A stretch of DNA of 64,000 nucleotides from a virus. Where the stretch lies: IMG/VR virus record IMGVR_UViG_3300027800_000004, positions 1-64,000 of that record. One strand, written 5' to 3'. Of this stretch, positions 18,445-28,337 are shown in pieces. The translations under genes and the position numbers were made by a program. A model generated the notes under the pieces. The model had not been told where the DNA came from. It made no database searches and saw nothing but the letters and a program-made list of their open reading frames with translations. Within the stretch, counting starts at the first letter, position 1, and every line of letters begins with the position of its first letter.

Positions 18445-21123
18445 TTAGCCACTTCTTTCACTGTCTGTTGATAAAACTATTACTGAGTAAATCCTTACTT
18501 TTTCATCGTGTTCCTCCGTTCTCAATCTTACATAGCAATATCTTCCTCTTATCTCTCTCCCGTTCATCGTCCTGGCGTTCATTGTTGCAAAGTTACCAGG
18601 ACTATTCTCATCCTTGAGTATTCTGCCATAATAAATGCCCTCCGACTTATTCCAAACAGCAACATACGTTTCCATAAGCACATAAGAGGCTTCATAGGGA
18701 ATTAGGATATATCTGCTATTGCAATCAAACTGATGATCGGCATAGACGGCTAGAGAATTGAAAACCTTATTCTTTTCAGGATTGACATTGCTGACAAACT
18801 GAACATCACCTACCGTTGGAACCTTTGCCCATTCAAGCCAACCCTGTCCCTCATCCACATTCATTATGTAAAGTTTCTGACGATACATGTGGGCAAACCA
18901 TATTCCCAGATGAACATAAGATTCTGTCTGTTGATCTATCCTGGTTATCCACCGGCCATGATGTTCGCTGAAGATCGCTCCCCAGACTACTCCGTTCATG
19001 TTCCAGTTAACCCAGATCTCATTATGCTCTACATTGGCACCAGAATTAACCAGTAATAAGCGAGATCCACCTTGAAGCGTTATCCATGCTGAAAGATCCC
19101 GGAACCATCTCTTCATCTTATAGTCAGAGATAGGTAGTTGTCCATTGGGTGCTGAACGTATGTATTTACCTTCGCTATTATCCCAATAATACAAGTTCCT
19201 ATCATTAACCAAAACACTGTCCGGGTGCTGGCAGCCATAATTTGTTGACTCTTCCCTTGATGTGCCAAGAAGATTCTGAACCAAAGTGTAATTGCTTAAT
19301 CCTCCATCGGCACTGAATGTCTGCACCCTGTTGATATAGATGCTTGTTTCTTTGTACATCTGAAGGACCTTGAGAGTAAATCCTATTTCTCTCAATGCAG
19401 TTATGTCTCCATTCTTTCTTGGTAAATCAACAAAGTCATTATACATGAATAGGGCAATATTGTTTACCTGAGTACCCTCAAGCAGTCTGCCTCCGTTTCT
19501 TATTCTCTCATGCAATGCTACCTGTTGCTGACTCACATCCCATAAGAATGGCCAACCCTGAGAGGTTAAGGCTGTCTGAAGATCCCACCAGTCACTCGGA
19601 GCAATGCTTTCTGCATAAAATGGCACTACGTTTACCGTTCCGGATTCATAGTTCAGTCTGAAATACTTCCAGCAATCATTGGCTGTATTAAATATCTGTG
19701 CCTTTGTTGTGGTATTTCCATAAAGATCTATTACTTGGTCTATGTCTCCTTTATGATATTTATTGCCATTTGCGTCAATACCTATCTCAAAGACCATCCC
19801 TGTACCATAGAATATGGTTGTTCCCAGACCTTTTCGTGGCCTATAAACTTCTACGAGAATATCATTTGCACCCTCAACCCATTCCGTAGGGGCATTTACG
19901 GCCTGTACGATAAGCCACTCGCCTCCAACCGCATCACCATACATGGTACTGGTTCTCTCAATCTCATAATCGAAGTTTTCCTCAAATTCCGTAACATCAC
20001 CAGAACCAGTATCTATTGTGCCGATAAGCCTTAATCTATCTCCATGCTCCCATATATAGTCAGGAACTTTCCATCGGAGATTATTAATTCTTGTTTCATC
20101 CAAGGTATCCTGAATCATTACTGCCCATCTGTCATGAGTAAGATCCTTGATGTCATTGATCCTAATCTGAAGGAAATAATCCATAGATATATTTCCGGAA
20201 TAAACAATCTCGTAAGTTGTTGCCCAATCCGGGGGCCGGTGATTTATGTTAAAAGTGAGATAAGCAATAGTTGTTGTAAGAACATCCGGTAATCCATTTG
20301 GATTACCTTTCATATACCAGGGCAAATAAATATCGAAGTCATCTGTCTTAATGACTGAGCATCTTCTTGCTATTTCATCTTTATATACAAGTCCAAAGCC
20401 ATGAACTGCACCATACTTCAATACTGGATACTTTGTGACAGTTCCATAAGAAGTGTAATATGCGCTAACCTCATAGCCATAATCCGGGAAAACATCAGTA
20501 AAGTTTCCTTCGCTTGGTGGTGGAAATGTATGATAAACTCTATCTAATGGCCAGAAATCAAGCCAGAATGGATATACAACCGGATCTGCATCTGAAGTTA
20601 CTCTTGAGGGTCCCCAATTAGGATGAGCCAACATTGCAGCGTTTAGACCTACCGTCACATCATACCAGTTGTCTCCTGCTTGGGCCACATAAGATACAAT
20701 ATATGCGATGTCATTCTTTGTATCATCAACTCTTAGATAATAAACATCACCGGAAGTAACAGGATTTGGTATAAGAACATGGGCGGAGACATAAAATCGA
20801 GTGTTTCTTGTTATTTCTCCTCCTGGCGTTGGATCCCAAGAATATGGAGGTTTTCTTTGTGAAATATAAACATCCAGATTAATCGTGGTAAAATCTACTG
20901 ATATGTCCGAATAATCAACATCAACCGACATATCTGGCTTAATAGTATCATACCCTTCAGTTATCTTTCCAAATACAACCGCATTGCCGGATATCAACTC
21001 CATGTGTCCAGCTTTTATTGGCACATAGGTAAAGGGTATGGCTATCGCTTCGGCAGCGATTTGTTCTTTAATCCTGTCGTTGTAAAACTTTATGTCAATA
21101 TCTTGATTATGTCCGTAAAGCAT
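18445..21123 (-). CDS. Tail stabilization/muzzle protein (P22 gp10-like, crAss-type), C-terminal fragment
   Basis: FYND...VPIKA...ISGNAVVFGKITEGYD; LKYG...GLVYKD...R; PPDWATTYEIV; YGCQHPDSV; PISDYKMKRWFRD; NKVFNSL; EGIYY; NGREIRGRY. Confidence 0.75.
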   Translation of the reverse strand: MLYGHNQDIDIKFYNDRIKEQIAAEAIAIPFTYVPIKAGHMELISGNAVVFGKITEGYDTIKPDMSVDVDYSDISVDFTTINLDVYISQRKPPYSWDPTPGGEITRNTRFYVSAHVLIPNPVTSGDVYYLRVDDTKNDIAYIVSYVAQAGDNWYDVTVGLNAAMLAHPNWGPSRVTSDADPVVYPFWLDFWPLDRVYHTFPPPSEGNFTDVFPDYGYEVSAYYTSYGTVTKYPVLKYGAVHGFGLVYKDEIARRCSVIKTDDFDIYLPWYMKGNPNGLPDVLTTTIAYLTFNINHRPPDWATTYEIVYSGNISMDYFLQIRINDIKDLTHDRWAVMIQDTLDETRINNLRWKVPDYIWEHGDRLRLIGTIDTGSGDVTEFEENFDYEIERTSTMYGDAVGGEWLIVQAVNAPTEWVEGANDILVEVYRPRKGLGTTIFYGTGMVFEIGIDANGNKYHKGDIDQVIDLYGNTTTKAQIFNTANDCWKYFRLNYESGTVNVVPFYAESIAPSDWWDLQTALTSQGWPFLWDVSQQQVALHERIRNGGRLLEGTQVNNIALFMYNDFVDLPRKNGDITALREIGFTLKVLQMYKETSIYINRVQTFSADGGLSNYTLVQNLLGTSREESTNYGCQHPDSVLVNDRNLYYWDNSEGKYIRSAPNGQLPISDYKMKRWFRDLSAWITLQGGSRLLLVNSGANVEHNEIWVNWNMNGVVWGAIFSEHHGRWITRIDQQTESYVHLGIWFAHMYRQKLYIMNVDEGQGWLEWAKVPTVGDVQFVSNVNPEKNKVFNSLAVYADHQFDCNSRYILIPYEASYVLMETYVAVWNKSEGIYYGRILKDENSPGNFATMNARTMNGREIRGRYCYVRLRTEEHDEKVRIYSVIVLSTDSERSG

Positions 21124-21130
21124 CTGACAT

Positions 21131-21556
21131 TTAACTTACATAGATTATCCCAAGTGAGTTCCATTCTATCGTTGAAGTGCCGTTTGTGACAATCTGGTTA
21201 GTGGTAAAATCAATGATACATCTTATTGGAGATGTTGACAAACTTCCTCCTACAAACGCATAGACACATCCATAGCGGTAACTTAGTGTTGCCGAAGGAC
21301 CTATAACAACATTGGCCGCATCGAGGAAAGCATTGTTCCCATCATAGGATTGCACTCTTCCGGTAATAGGCATACCTTCTACTGGATAAGGTCCACTGGC
21401 TGCGATCCTCCTGTCTACAACACCACTCTGTCCTGCGAATTGGTGTTGTGCGGGATCGGGTGTATATTGGTCATTAAGAAGCATAAGTCTTAAATCTTCT
21501 GCTACCCAGGCATCAACTATTGCCTTTTTTACAAATCTTGGTACTACGCTTGCCAT
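21131..21556 (-). CDS. Phage tail-associated structural protein
   Basis: 141 aa; LRLMLLNDQYTPD...H and FLDAANV...IDF...VTNG.STIEWNSLGI resemble a widespread tail-fibre-associated family. Confidence 0.5.
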   Translation of the reverse strand: MASVVPRFVKKAIVDAWVAEDLRLMLLNDQYTPDPAQHQFAGQSGVVDRRIAASGPYPVEGMPITGRVQSYDGNNAFLDAANVVIGPSATLSYRYGCVYAFVGGSLSTSPIRCIIDFTTNQIVTNGTSTIEWNSLGIIYVS

Positions 21557-21572
21557 GATATTTCGTTTTTAA

Positions 21573-24362
21573 TTAATTCAAAGGTTCTGTCCATAAAAGT
21601 ATTGTTAAAGTATCACCTGGAGATGATGCAACTGTCATATTTACTGAGAATGGTCCATTAGATTCCATGTTATTCATCTCAATGTAAGTCGGGGTAACGC
21701 CATAAACATATCCGGAATTATTTCTTCTAATCATTATTCTCAAATTCAATAACGCACCTTCGCCAAATTGTGAGTGCCAGGGAATACAATCAAATACAAC
21801 CAATGTTGATCCTACTGCATTATAAGCATTATACTCATCAATATACATGTGAGTTTCACTTGGATGATTAATAACATTAACAGATATTGGTAGCGGTGCA
21901 GCTCCCTGGGTTACGGTTAATAAGACGTTATTCAAATAAGGAGTATTATCCTCTATCGTAATTACACCGGTCCTCTCTGCTCCGTTGTTCTGAGAATTTG
22001 GGTATAATGCCAGTGTTGTTCCGGAAGCGATCTGGCCTCCTTCCAGTACCTCTACCGCATCATCGTCATTCCAGACAGTCATCCATGCCGGTATATCCCT
22101 GACAAACATCGGTATTGTTGGAACTGAATGGGTAATAGTTGTTTCATACTTGATACCGACTCCGGGTGCGCCAATATATTCAAATGCTCCTATGGACGGT
22201 ATCGCGTTCCAACCATAGCCATCTCCGTCATAACCATTGGCACCGCCCAGGTTAATCCCGGCATTTCTTAGATCTGAACCAGTTTCTAGGTGCAAAAAAT
22301 CTAGCTTCGGCAAACTACCATCACTTTGTCTTACACCATCTAGGACTGAATCTATAAGACTTTTAAAATCCGCATCTGTAACTGTAACTACACCATTCCA
22401 TGAATTATGGTCATTGGTTGCTCCGGCTGCTACTACGGCATTAACATTACTGTTTGAATATGCAATATTGTTTCTTAGGATATTTGCGATACCAAGTGGT
22501 CTGTTAAATTCAAAGCCGTTATAATTTCCAAAGGCCACATTGTTATATAACCACATGATGCAACTGAAATCTGCCGTATTCTGGTCAAATCCATTAACCA
22601 TATTTCTAACAGCCAATGAATTTTTTACGGTTCTCAGATGTTCGGTTGCATGGTCAGTAAAGCAAGGTCCTAGTTTAAATCCATTGCCATCAGCCCCACC
22701 ACCATAAGGAGTTATTCCTTCATCACTATACCCATTCCAAAACGCCCAGCATCTATCTATCTCAATATACCCATCGTGGTCAAAGAAATCCCATCCATCA
22801 TCACAGCAACACCATGCCCTACACCCATAGAAATATAGAAATGTAGAGGTATCTCCACCTGTCGCATTAAATCCGTTTGCATTTTCATAGTTGTGATAAG
22901 GATCTGCAAGGTGATGAGCATCACAGTTTCTCCAAGTAATATGATGTGATTGGTTCACTACAAAACCATATCCACCAAGATGGTCCGCATCGCATAATTC
23001 GATAGTACAATAAGTACATGTTGTATGGAATATTCCCGACACTCCTCCTGTCTGCAATGCTGTCTGTGCTAGTCCTGTTACTCTTAATCCCTTAATATTT
23101 AGATAGTCACAACTATAAACATAGAGTGCAATGATGTATGTATAAGTCGGAACTACATTATCAAGATTTAATACTGGAGATTCGTCAGGATAATTTAAAA
23201 TATTGATTGGATTTAATGCTGTACCATGAAGATGATGCCATCTGCTAAATGCGGATGCTGAATTGGCATAGGTCGTTCTGTAAATACCTCCTCTGATATA
23301 TGCTAGATCTCCGGCAACCATTACGTCATCCAATCTCTCCCATGTTTTAAATGGTGAATTAAATGATCCATCATTAGTATCACTTCCCCAGTTTGCTACA
23401 TAATAATCTGCACCAATATCTGTTGCTGAACCATATATCCTGGCTCCGACCTGCCATGTCCCATCCTGATTTTGATAATCAGTTAGTCTATCAAGATCCC
23501 AAGTAGCACCCAACGCTAAACCAGTAAGATATGTTGTTCCAAGGTTTACTCCATAATTCAATCTTGCGCGTGGAACGAAAGTGATGGTATCAAAGAAATT
23601 TGGATTTATAACAACCGAATGAGTATCATAACCTAATGCCCTCCATTGCGCCCAAGTATATATTGAACCCAGATAATTGAATGATGGAAGATTATCTCCT
23701 TCTTCGCACCAATATATGTTGTAGTCACACTCAAATCCCGTCAGACAGCCGGCATTGCCTACCCAGATACTATTAATCCCTTTATAGACTGTGTAAAAGA
23801 TATTGTTCTTAATTTTTGCACCGGACGCTGAACCAACGGGACTTATATCTGAATTTTCATAAACCTCTACTAGAGATCTGTTACAAACTGCACTGGTAAG
23901 TGAACTGTAAAGGGTGTTGTTATAAATCTTAATCCCATTCATTCCCTTAACAACTATCCCTGGCTTTCCGTTCTTGACGATATTGTACGCAACCATCCCG
24001 GATGTATCCGTCATGCCATTGCTCTTGCGTACAATGCCCATTGGCACTCCGTCAAGATAATTGTATTTTACATGGACATTAATGTTGTATCCGGTAAATA
24101 TTCCGTGCGTAATGATACTTAATGAGGGTGTTCCTCCCCAGACTAACTTGTTTCCGTAAATAAGCGCACCATCGAGATTGTTATTATAAGCATTGACATT
24201 CTCATCTCCAGAGCATAGCATATATCCCTGAGTATTTAAAGAAGAAATGAAGTTTCTCCTATAAATAAGATCAGTATCCGTAAGTCTGGGGATATTAACT
24301 CCTGTCCAGACCGGGGTATCTGTATTAATGGTTGATGTGCCTTCTATGAGTAATTGAGCCAT
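21573..24362 (-). CDS. Double right-handed beta-helix protein with PL9 (pectate lyase L-like) domain and C-terminal BACON-like/Ig domains; putative tailspike depolymerase
   Basis: YYVANWGSDTNDGSFNSPFKT, ENANGF, DDGWDFF, DGNGFKLG (PL9-like, catalytic Lys position); NNGAERTGVITI...LTVTQ (BACON-like). Confidence 0.7.
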   Translation of the reverse strand: MAQLLIEGTSTINTDTPVWTGVNIPRLTDTDLIYRRNFISSLNTQGYMLCSGDENVNAYNNNLDGALIYGNKLVWGGTPSLSIITHGIFTGYNINVHVKYNYLDGVPMGIVRKSNGMTDTSGMVAYNIVKNGKPGIVVKGMNGIKIYNNTLYSSLTSAVCNRSLVEVYENSDISPVGSASGAKIKNNIFYTVYKGINSIWVGNAGCLTGFECDYNIYWCEEGDNLPSFNYLGSIYTWAQWRALGYDTHSVVINPNFFDTITFVPRARLNYGVNLGTTYLTGLALGATWDLDRLTDYQNQDGTWQVGARIYGSATDIGADYYVANWGSDTNDGSFNSPFKTWERLDDVMVAGDLAYIRGGIYRTTYANSASAFSRWHHLHGTALNPINILNYPDESPVLNLDNVVPTYTYIIALYVYSCDYLNIKGLRVTGLAQTALQTGGVSGIFHTTCTYCTIELCDADHLGGYGFVVNQSHHITWRNCDAHHLADPYHNYENANGFNATGGDTSTFLYFYGCRAWCCCDDGWDFFDHDGYIEIDRCWAFWNGYSDEGITPYGGGADGNGFKLGPCFTDHATEHLRTVKNSLAVRNMVNGFDQNTADFSCIMWLYNNVAFGNYNGFEFNRPLGIANILRNNIAYSNSNVNAVVAAGATNDHNSWNGVVTVTDADFKSLIDSVLDGVRQSDGSLPKLDFLHLETGSDLRNAGINLGGANGYDGDGYGWNAIPSIGAFEYIGAPGVGIKYETTITHSVPTIPMFVRDIPAWMTVWNDDDAVEVLEGGQIASGTTLALYPNSQNNGAERTGVITIEDNTPYLNNVLLTVTQGAAPLPISVNVINHPSETHMYIDEYNAYNAVGSTLVVFDCIPWHSQFGEGALLNLRIMIRRNNSGYVYGVTPTYIEMNNMESNGPFSVNMTVASSPGDTLTILLWTEPLN

Positions 24363-24365
24363 TGC

Positions 24366-25550
24366 TTAAGTATCATCAAATTCATCATAATCCCATTCAA
24401 ATTCATCTTCTGTTGCCAGTAGAAACATGTTTATTGGCGTAGATGTCGGTGTGCCTAATGCCAGTCCCAAAAAAGCTGGTAAGGAAATTCCACTACCCGT
24501 TACAATCGGGAGAGGAATTGTAATAACCAGAGTTGTTAATTCTGTCTGTAAAAGCGTATTGGTTTCATAGGCCCTCTCTTCAGCACTAAACTTATCAATT
24601 TCTTCAACCAAAAACCATGTTGACGGATCCTGACTGCTCCTGCCGATGATCTTGATCTTCCTGACCTCCTCTGTCCCGGTGTTTACCCTAATCTTAAGAT
24701 AATTGTTTAGTGAAATAACCTCTGTGGCCAATCCTGTTGCTATCTCTTCCTCTCCGTTGGGCATTGCCACTATACAGGCCGGAGAATAGGTACTCTCTCT
24801 CCAGTCCATGTAAACATAGTTATACGCAAACTGAAAGAGAGTCTGTCTTAAGTTATTAATTTTTCGTGTATCATCAGTCTGATATTCAACTGTAGGAGCA
24901 AGTTTGGGTGGCATTGGGGCAAAGTAAAAATTCTCCACCTTCATGGTGTAATAGCAATCTTCTACCATACAAAGTCTGGTCCAATATGCTGTCCATGCAA
25001 TAGGATTATAACCGATGTTAGATATCACGCATTTGTACATGTATTTGCCTTCCGAAATGATCTGGTTCTCATAGTAATAAATATCATCAGTCCATTCGGT
25101 AATGCTTGTGTTTTGACCATATCCTATGCCGTGATAATATGAGGTCTTTGCTCTCTCAATGTCTATCTGGTAGATCGGGTTCAGGTTATCAGTCCATATT
25201 ATCTTTCCATTGATAATTCTGGCATTATAGATTTTATAATCCTCGTCAAAACCTATTGAATTTGCAGCATCATAATAGACAACATTTTGCGCCCTGGTGT
25301 CTATGTCCACTTCTATTATCCATGCTGCATGATAATAATTATCAATGTAGAAGAGATATAATTTCCTATTCTCCGGATCAACACATTTACCATTTAGCAA
25401 AATGTTTGAGACATACGAATCAACTTCCGGAAACGGACCGGGAGATGACCGTAATAACCTCACAGATAGATAGTGAGATTTTAAAGCAAAAGAATTTATT
25501 GCTTCTCCACTATTATGTGCCAGGTCTATTGTCTGTACAAGTTGTCCCAT
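24366..25550 (-). CDS. Tail stabilization/muzzle protein, middle fragment
   Basis: GKCVDPENRKLYLF; IGF...IINGKIIWTDNLNPIYQIDIERA; FQFAYNYVYMDWRESTYSP; VRKIKIIGR...WFLVEEIDK. Confidence 0.7.
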   Translation of the reverse strand: MGQLVQTIDLAHNSGEAINSFALKSHYLSVRLLRSSPGPFPEVDSYVSNILLNGKCVDPENRKLYLFYIDNYYHAAWIIEVDIDTRAQNVVYYDAANSIGFDEDYKIYNARIINGKIIWTDNLNPIYQIDIERAKTSYYHGIGYGQNTSITEWTDDIYYYENQIISEGKYMYKCVISNIGYNPIAWTAYWTRLCMVEDCYYTMKVENFYFAPMPPKLAPTVEYQTDDTRKINNLRQTLFQFAYNYVYMDWRESTYSPACIVAMPNGEEEIATGLATEVISLNNYLKIRVNTGTEEVRKIKIIGRSSQDPSTWFLVEEIDKFSAEERAYETNTLLQTELTTLVITIPLPIVTGSGISLPAFLGLALGTPTSTPINMFLLATEDEFEWDYDEFDDT

Positions 25551-25552
25551 TT

Positions 25553-27553
25553 TTATGGTGTATCGCCCCAGAATATGTCAAGTAAAAATGCTTCCGCAAG
25601 TAACTCTATCTGAGCATCTGTTAATACAATTCCCGATTTAATTATTCCTATTGCTGTAATTTCATACGGTGGACTATCGGAATATCTGACAACCGTTCTA
25701 TGATAATTAAAGTCAACGAGATCTCCAGTAGTCACTTGTTCCTGTACTCCGGCACCGGTAAACCATAAGTTGTCCTCGTCATCCAATATAAAGTCAGGAG
25801 AACTTTCTAGTACAAATAATGAGCCTGAAGAATATGGAATATAATTGGTTGCAAAATCTCTCACCAGGATTGCTATTCTTCTTCCGTCTGTTGCACTTAT
25901 TAAGTGATCGCTTTCTATTTCTCCAATCCACAGGAAATCTAAGAGATCTATTACGCTTCCCCAGGCCAGAAGATTTATCAGAACGATTGCATCTTGAGTT
26001 ATAAGATGATAGTAAGATGTCATGCCGGATCCATCTGGTGCTGCATTGGTCCCTGACAAGTCTAGCCTATCACCAAGTCTCCATTCCCCTACTCCCGTAA
26101 CCGCATCAAATGTTGTAAGGAATAAACTAACGCTGGTAGATATAAGGTTATTGTTTAAGAAATCATAGTTCCGTTGGCCTGCAACATCTGTACCCCATGT
26201 CGCATAAGGAGTAACCGAGTCCAGAAGATTTTCAGATGCGTTAAGTATCCTAAGTTTTGGTAATGATGCCGGTAATGTGAGGATTAGTAATTCATTATTC
26301 CGCAAATCGAGTATTTCAAGATCTGCAATAGTGAGAGTATTGACAATAAAATTGATTAATGAATTATCATTTGCAATAAAGGACTGCCACAAAACTGTTC
26401 CTGTCGGGAATACGATATTATTAATGTTATTATTGGAAATATCAATCGTTCCAAATCTTGATAGGTAAGTCATACTTATCGCAATCAGATTATTATTGGA
26501 GATATCAAACTTACCTGCGTTGGTTCTCCATGTATATGGAACTGATATTGCCGTTAATAGATTGTCTGATAGATCTATCTCTGCATAATCTGTCAATGAT
26601 CCAAATTTCCATGTTTGTAGTGAAATACTTGTTAATAAATTTGAGGACAGATCAATTTTCTCAAGACTTGTACAAACAGGAGATATTGTGATACTCGTTA
26701 TTTCTACTTCATCTGCGACAATAGATTTAAGATGTGAGCAGTTATAAATATTAATGGTTCCACCACCGGCCAGATAGGTGTGTTTAATTGCTATTGGCAC
26801 ATCATCAAGAAAATACATCTGGCCAACACCATCTCCCCAATCTATATATATAAATCCATCTCCGGTTAATGTCATTTCAAATTCACCGTCAATGGATGTT
26901 ACTATAACTACATGTATCAAAATACTCGGTACAATTTCATCATATAACCAAAATTGAGTTCTGGTCTTTAGTAACTCATAACCAAAATCTCCATATTTCC
27001 CTGCTCCAAGTGCCGAAAAACCGTATGAGTCAACTGCATCTGTGTTTGGAGCCAGCCACCGGACTTCGCCAGGTACTTTTAGTTTGCCTCCGGCTGTTGC
27101 CTGTCCTCCAAGATGATTGAATAAGATAAGCCAGTCTGCCAGTGATGCTATCTTCCATCCATCAGGACAGAATCCCGGTTGGTGGATCATCTGCCAATTA
27201 TAGAGGCCGCCATAAATATCCCTGTTTGCCTCAATATCTCCATAAACCTTTGATCCGAAATAATTCCTGGCATAGTTCTTCTTCATCCAGGTCTGGGTGC
27301 CTATTGTTACACTCTCATATCCTTCATAGACAAACCCTCCTCCAATAGAACCTCCATAATAAGTTGGTAGAATAGCGTCAATAATCAGTTCTACCTCACC
27401 CTGTAATGTCTCCATAATACCAATGCCCTGCTGCTCCTCGCTTGAGGCAACGCGCATGTTTAAGGCATCGGTATATTCGCCTGGCTGAAGATCGGCAGGG
27501 TTATCGTCCTTATTAAGACCTATGTTAAACCTATGGAGGTCCTTGTTCTGCAT
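25553..27553 (-). CDS. Mosaic tail protein: muzzle N-terminal ~58 aa + truncated Fib_succ_major domain + PKD-like segment + leucine-rich repeats
   Basis: FNIGLNKDDNPADLQPGEYTDALNMR (muzzle N-terminus); VTIGTQTWMKKN, YGGLYNW, CPDGWKI, AGGKLK; IDWGDG; repeated IDLSxNxL LRR units. Confidence 0.7.
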   Translation of the reverse strand: MQNKDLHRFNIGLNKDDNPADLQPGEYTDALNMRVASSEEQQGIGIMETLQGEVELIIDAILPTYYGGSIGGGFVYEGYESVTIGTQTWMKKNYARNYFGSKVYGDIEANRDIYGGLYNWQMIHQPGFCPDGWKIASLADWLILFNHLGGQATAGGKLKVPGEVRWLAPNTDAVDSYGFSALGAGKYGDFGYELLKTRTQFWLYDEIVPSILIHVVIVTSIDGEFEMTLTGDGFIYIDWGDGVGQMYFLDDVPIAIKHTYLAGGGTINIYNCSHLKSIVADEVEITSITISPVCTSLEKIDLSSNLLTSISLQTWKFGSLTDYAEIDLSDNLLTAISVPYTWRTNAGKFDISNNNLIAISMTYLSRFGTIDISNNNINNIVFPTGTVLWQSFIANDNSLINFIVNTLTIADLEILDLRNNELLILTLPASLPKLRILNASENLLDSVTPYATWGTDVAGQRNYDFLNNNLISTSVSLFLTTFDAVTGVGEWRLGDRLDLSGTNAAPDGSGMTSYYHLITQDAIVLINLLAWGSVIDLLDFLWIGEIESDHLISATDGRRIAILVRDFATNYIPYSSGSLFVLESSPDFILDDEDNLWFTGAGVQEQVTTGDLVDFNYHRTVVRYSDSPPYEITAIGIIKSGIVLTDAQIELLAEAFLLDIFWGDTP

Positions 27554-28329
27554 TATCTCTTCGGTGTTTGCCTTGAGGTACTGAACAACATCTGCCTGTA
27601 CTCTTCTGCCGTAAAGATATCTTGGAAGTCACGAAGCATCGCTACTGCCTTGTCGTGATTGTCTTCTCTCCTTGCCTTCTCTGCCTGTGATATTCGCGGA
27701 TCATTCTCTACCATCTGCCAGAGAATATACGTCCTCACTGCCGGCTCTGCTTCTCTGGGTATGGTCGTGGATCCGGTCAGGTTCACTCCGGATGAGATAT
27801 ATTCAAGGACGATATAATTGTCCGTGATGGTGCCTGTAAAGGCGAATGTGCGTCTTTCTCTGTCAAACCGGTATGAAGCATCACTGATACCGCCAGACAT
27901 CCCGTAAAGGCCTCCTACGAACTGGCCGCATCGGATATGATCTGAGAAATAGACCAATGATGAAGCATCTGTCGTGTCATTTGCATCTGTGTTGCTGAAA
28001 TTCTCAAGTCCGTCTGTTGATGTCCTGGGGAGAAGGATCTTATCGTGACGATGAATCACCTTCAGTTTCCCATTGGACGGAATACCCACTTTCAGCCAGT
28101 CAACAAAGTCTGCCGGCAGAGATACAACCTTACTCGTTGGATCCACGTTTATATAGACAACCTCAATATTATCAAGATGCCAGAGATTGAGTTCGGTATA
28201 ACCTTCGATAGCCAGTTGCATCAAATGGAAATAATCCCTCATTGTGTAGTCTTTTACCCTGTTCAGGGTTGACATCACAACCTTTCTCAGACTGACTACC
28301 CCTGCTATTTTTGGTGCTGCTATACTCAT
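27553..28329 (-). CDS. Tail tubular/ring protein (crAss-type)
   Basis: 258 aa; VSLPADFVDWLKVG, IVLEYISSG, TIPREAEPAVRTYILW; position directly before the muzzle gene. Confidence 0.7.
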   Translation of the reverse strand: MSIAAPKIAGVVSLRKVVMSTLNRVKDYTMRDYFHLMQLAIEGYTELNLWHLDNIEVVYINVDPTSKVVSLPADFVDWLKVGIPSNGKLKVIHRHDKILLPRTSTDGLENFSNTDANDTTDASSLVYFSDHIRCGQFVGGLYGMSGGISDASYRFDRERRTFAFTGTITDNYIVLEYISSGVNLTGSTTIPREAEPAVRTYILWQMVENDPRISQAEKARREDNHDKAVAMLRDFQDIFTAEEYRQMLFSTSRQTPKR

Positions 28330-28337
28330 CTCTCAAC

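Noticed and set aside
26940-27330. Fib_succ_major domain as a diversity-generating-retroelement target
   Set aside because: The domain is truncated before its C-terminal variable region; no reverse transcriptase and no adenine-variable template repeat seen in the window.
18445-27553. Inteins or group I introns explaining the split muzzle
   Set aside because: No Hint motifs (N-terminal C/S with C-terminal HN), no homing endonuclease, and no non-coding space for a ribozyme core.
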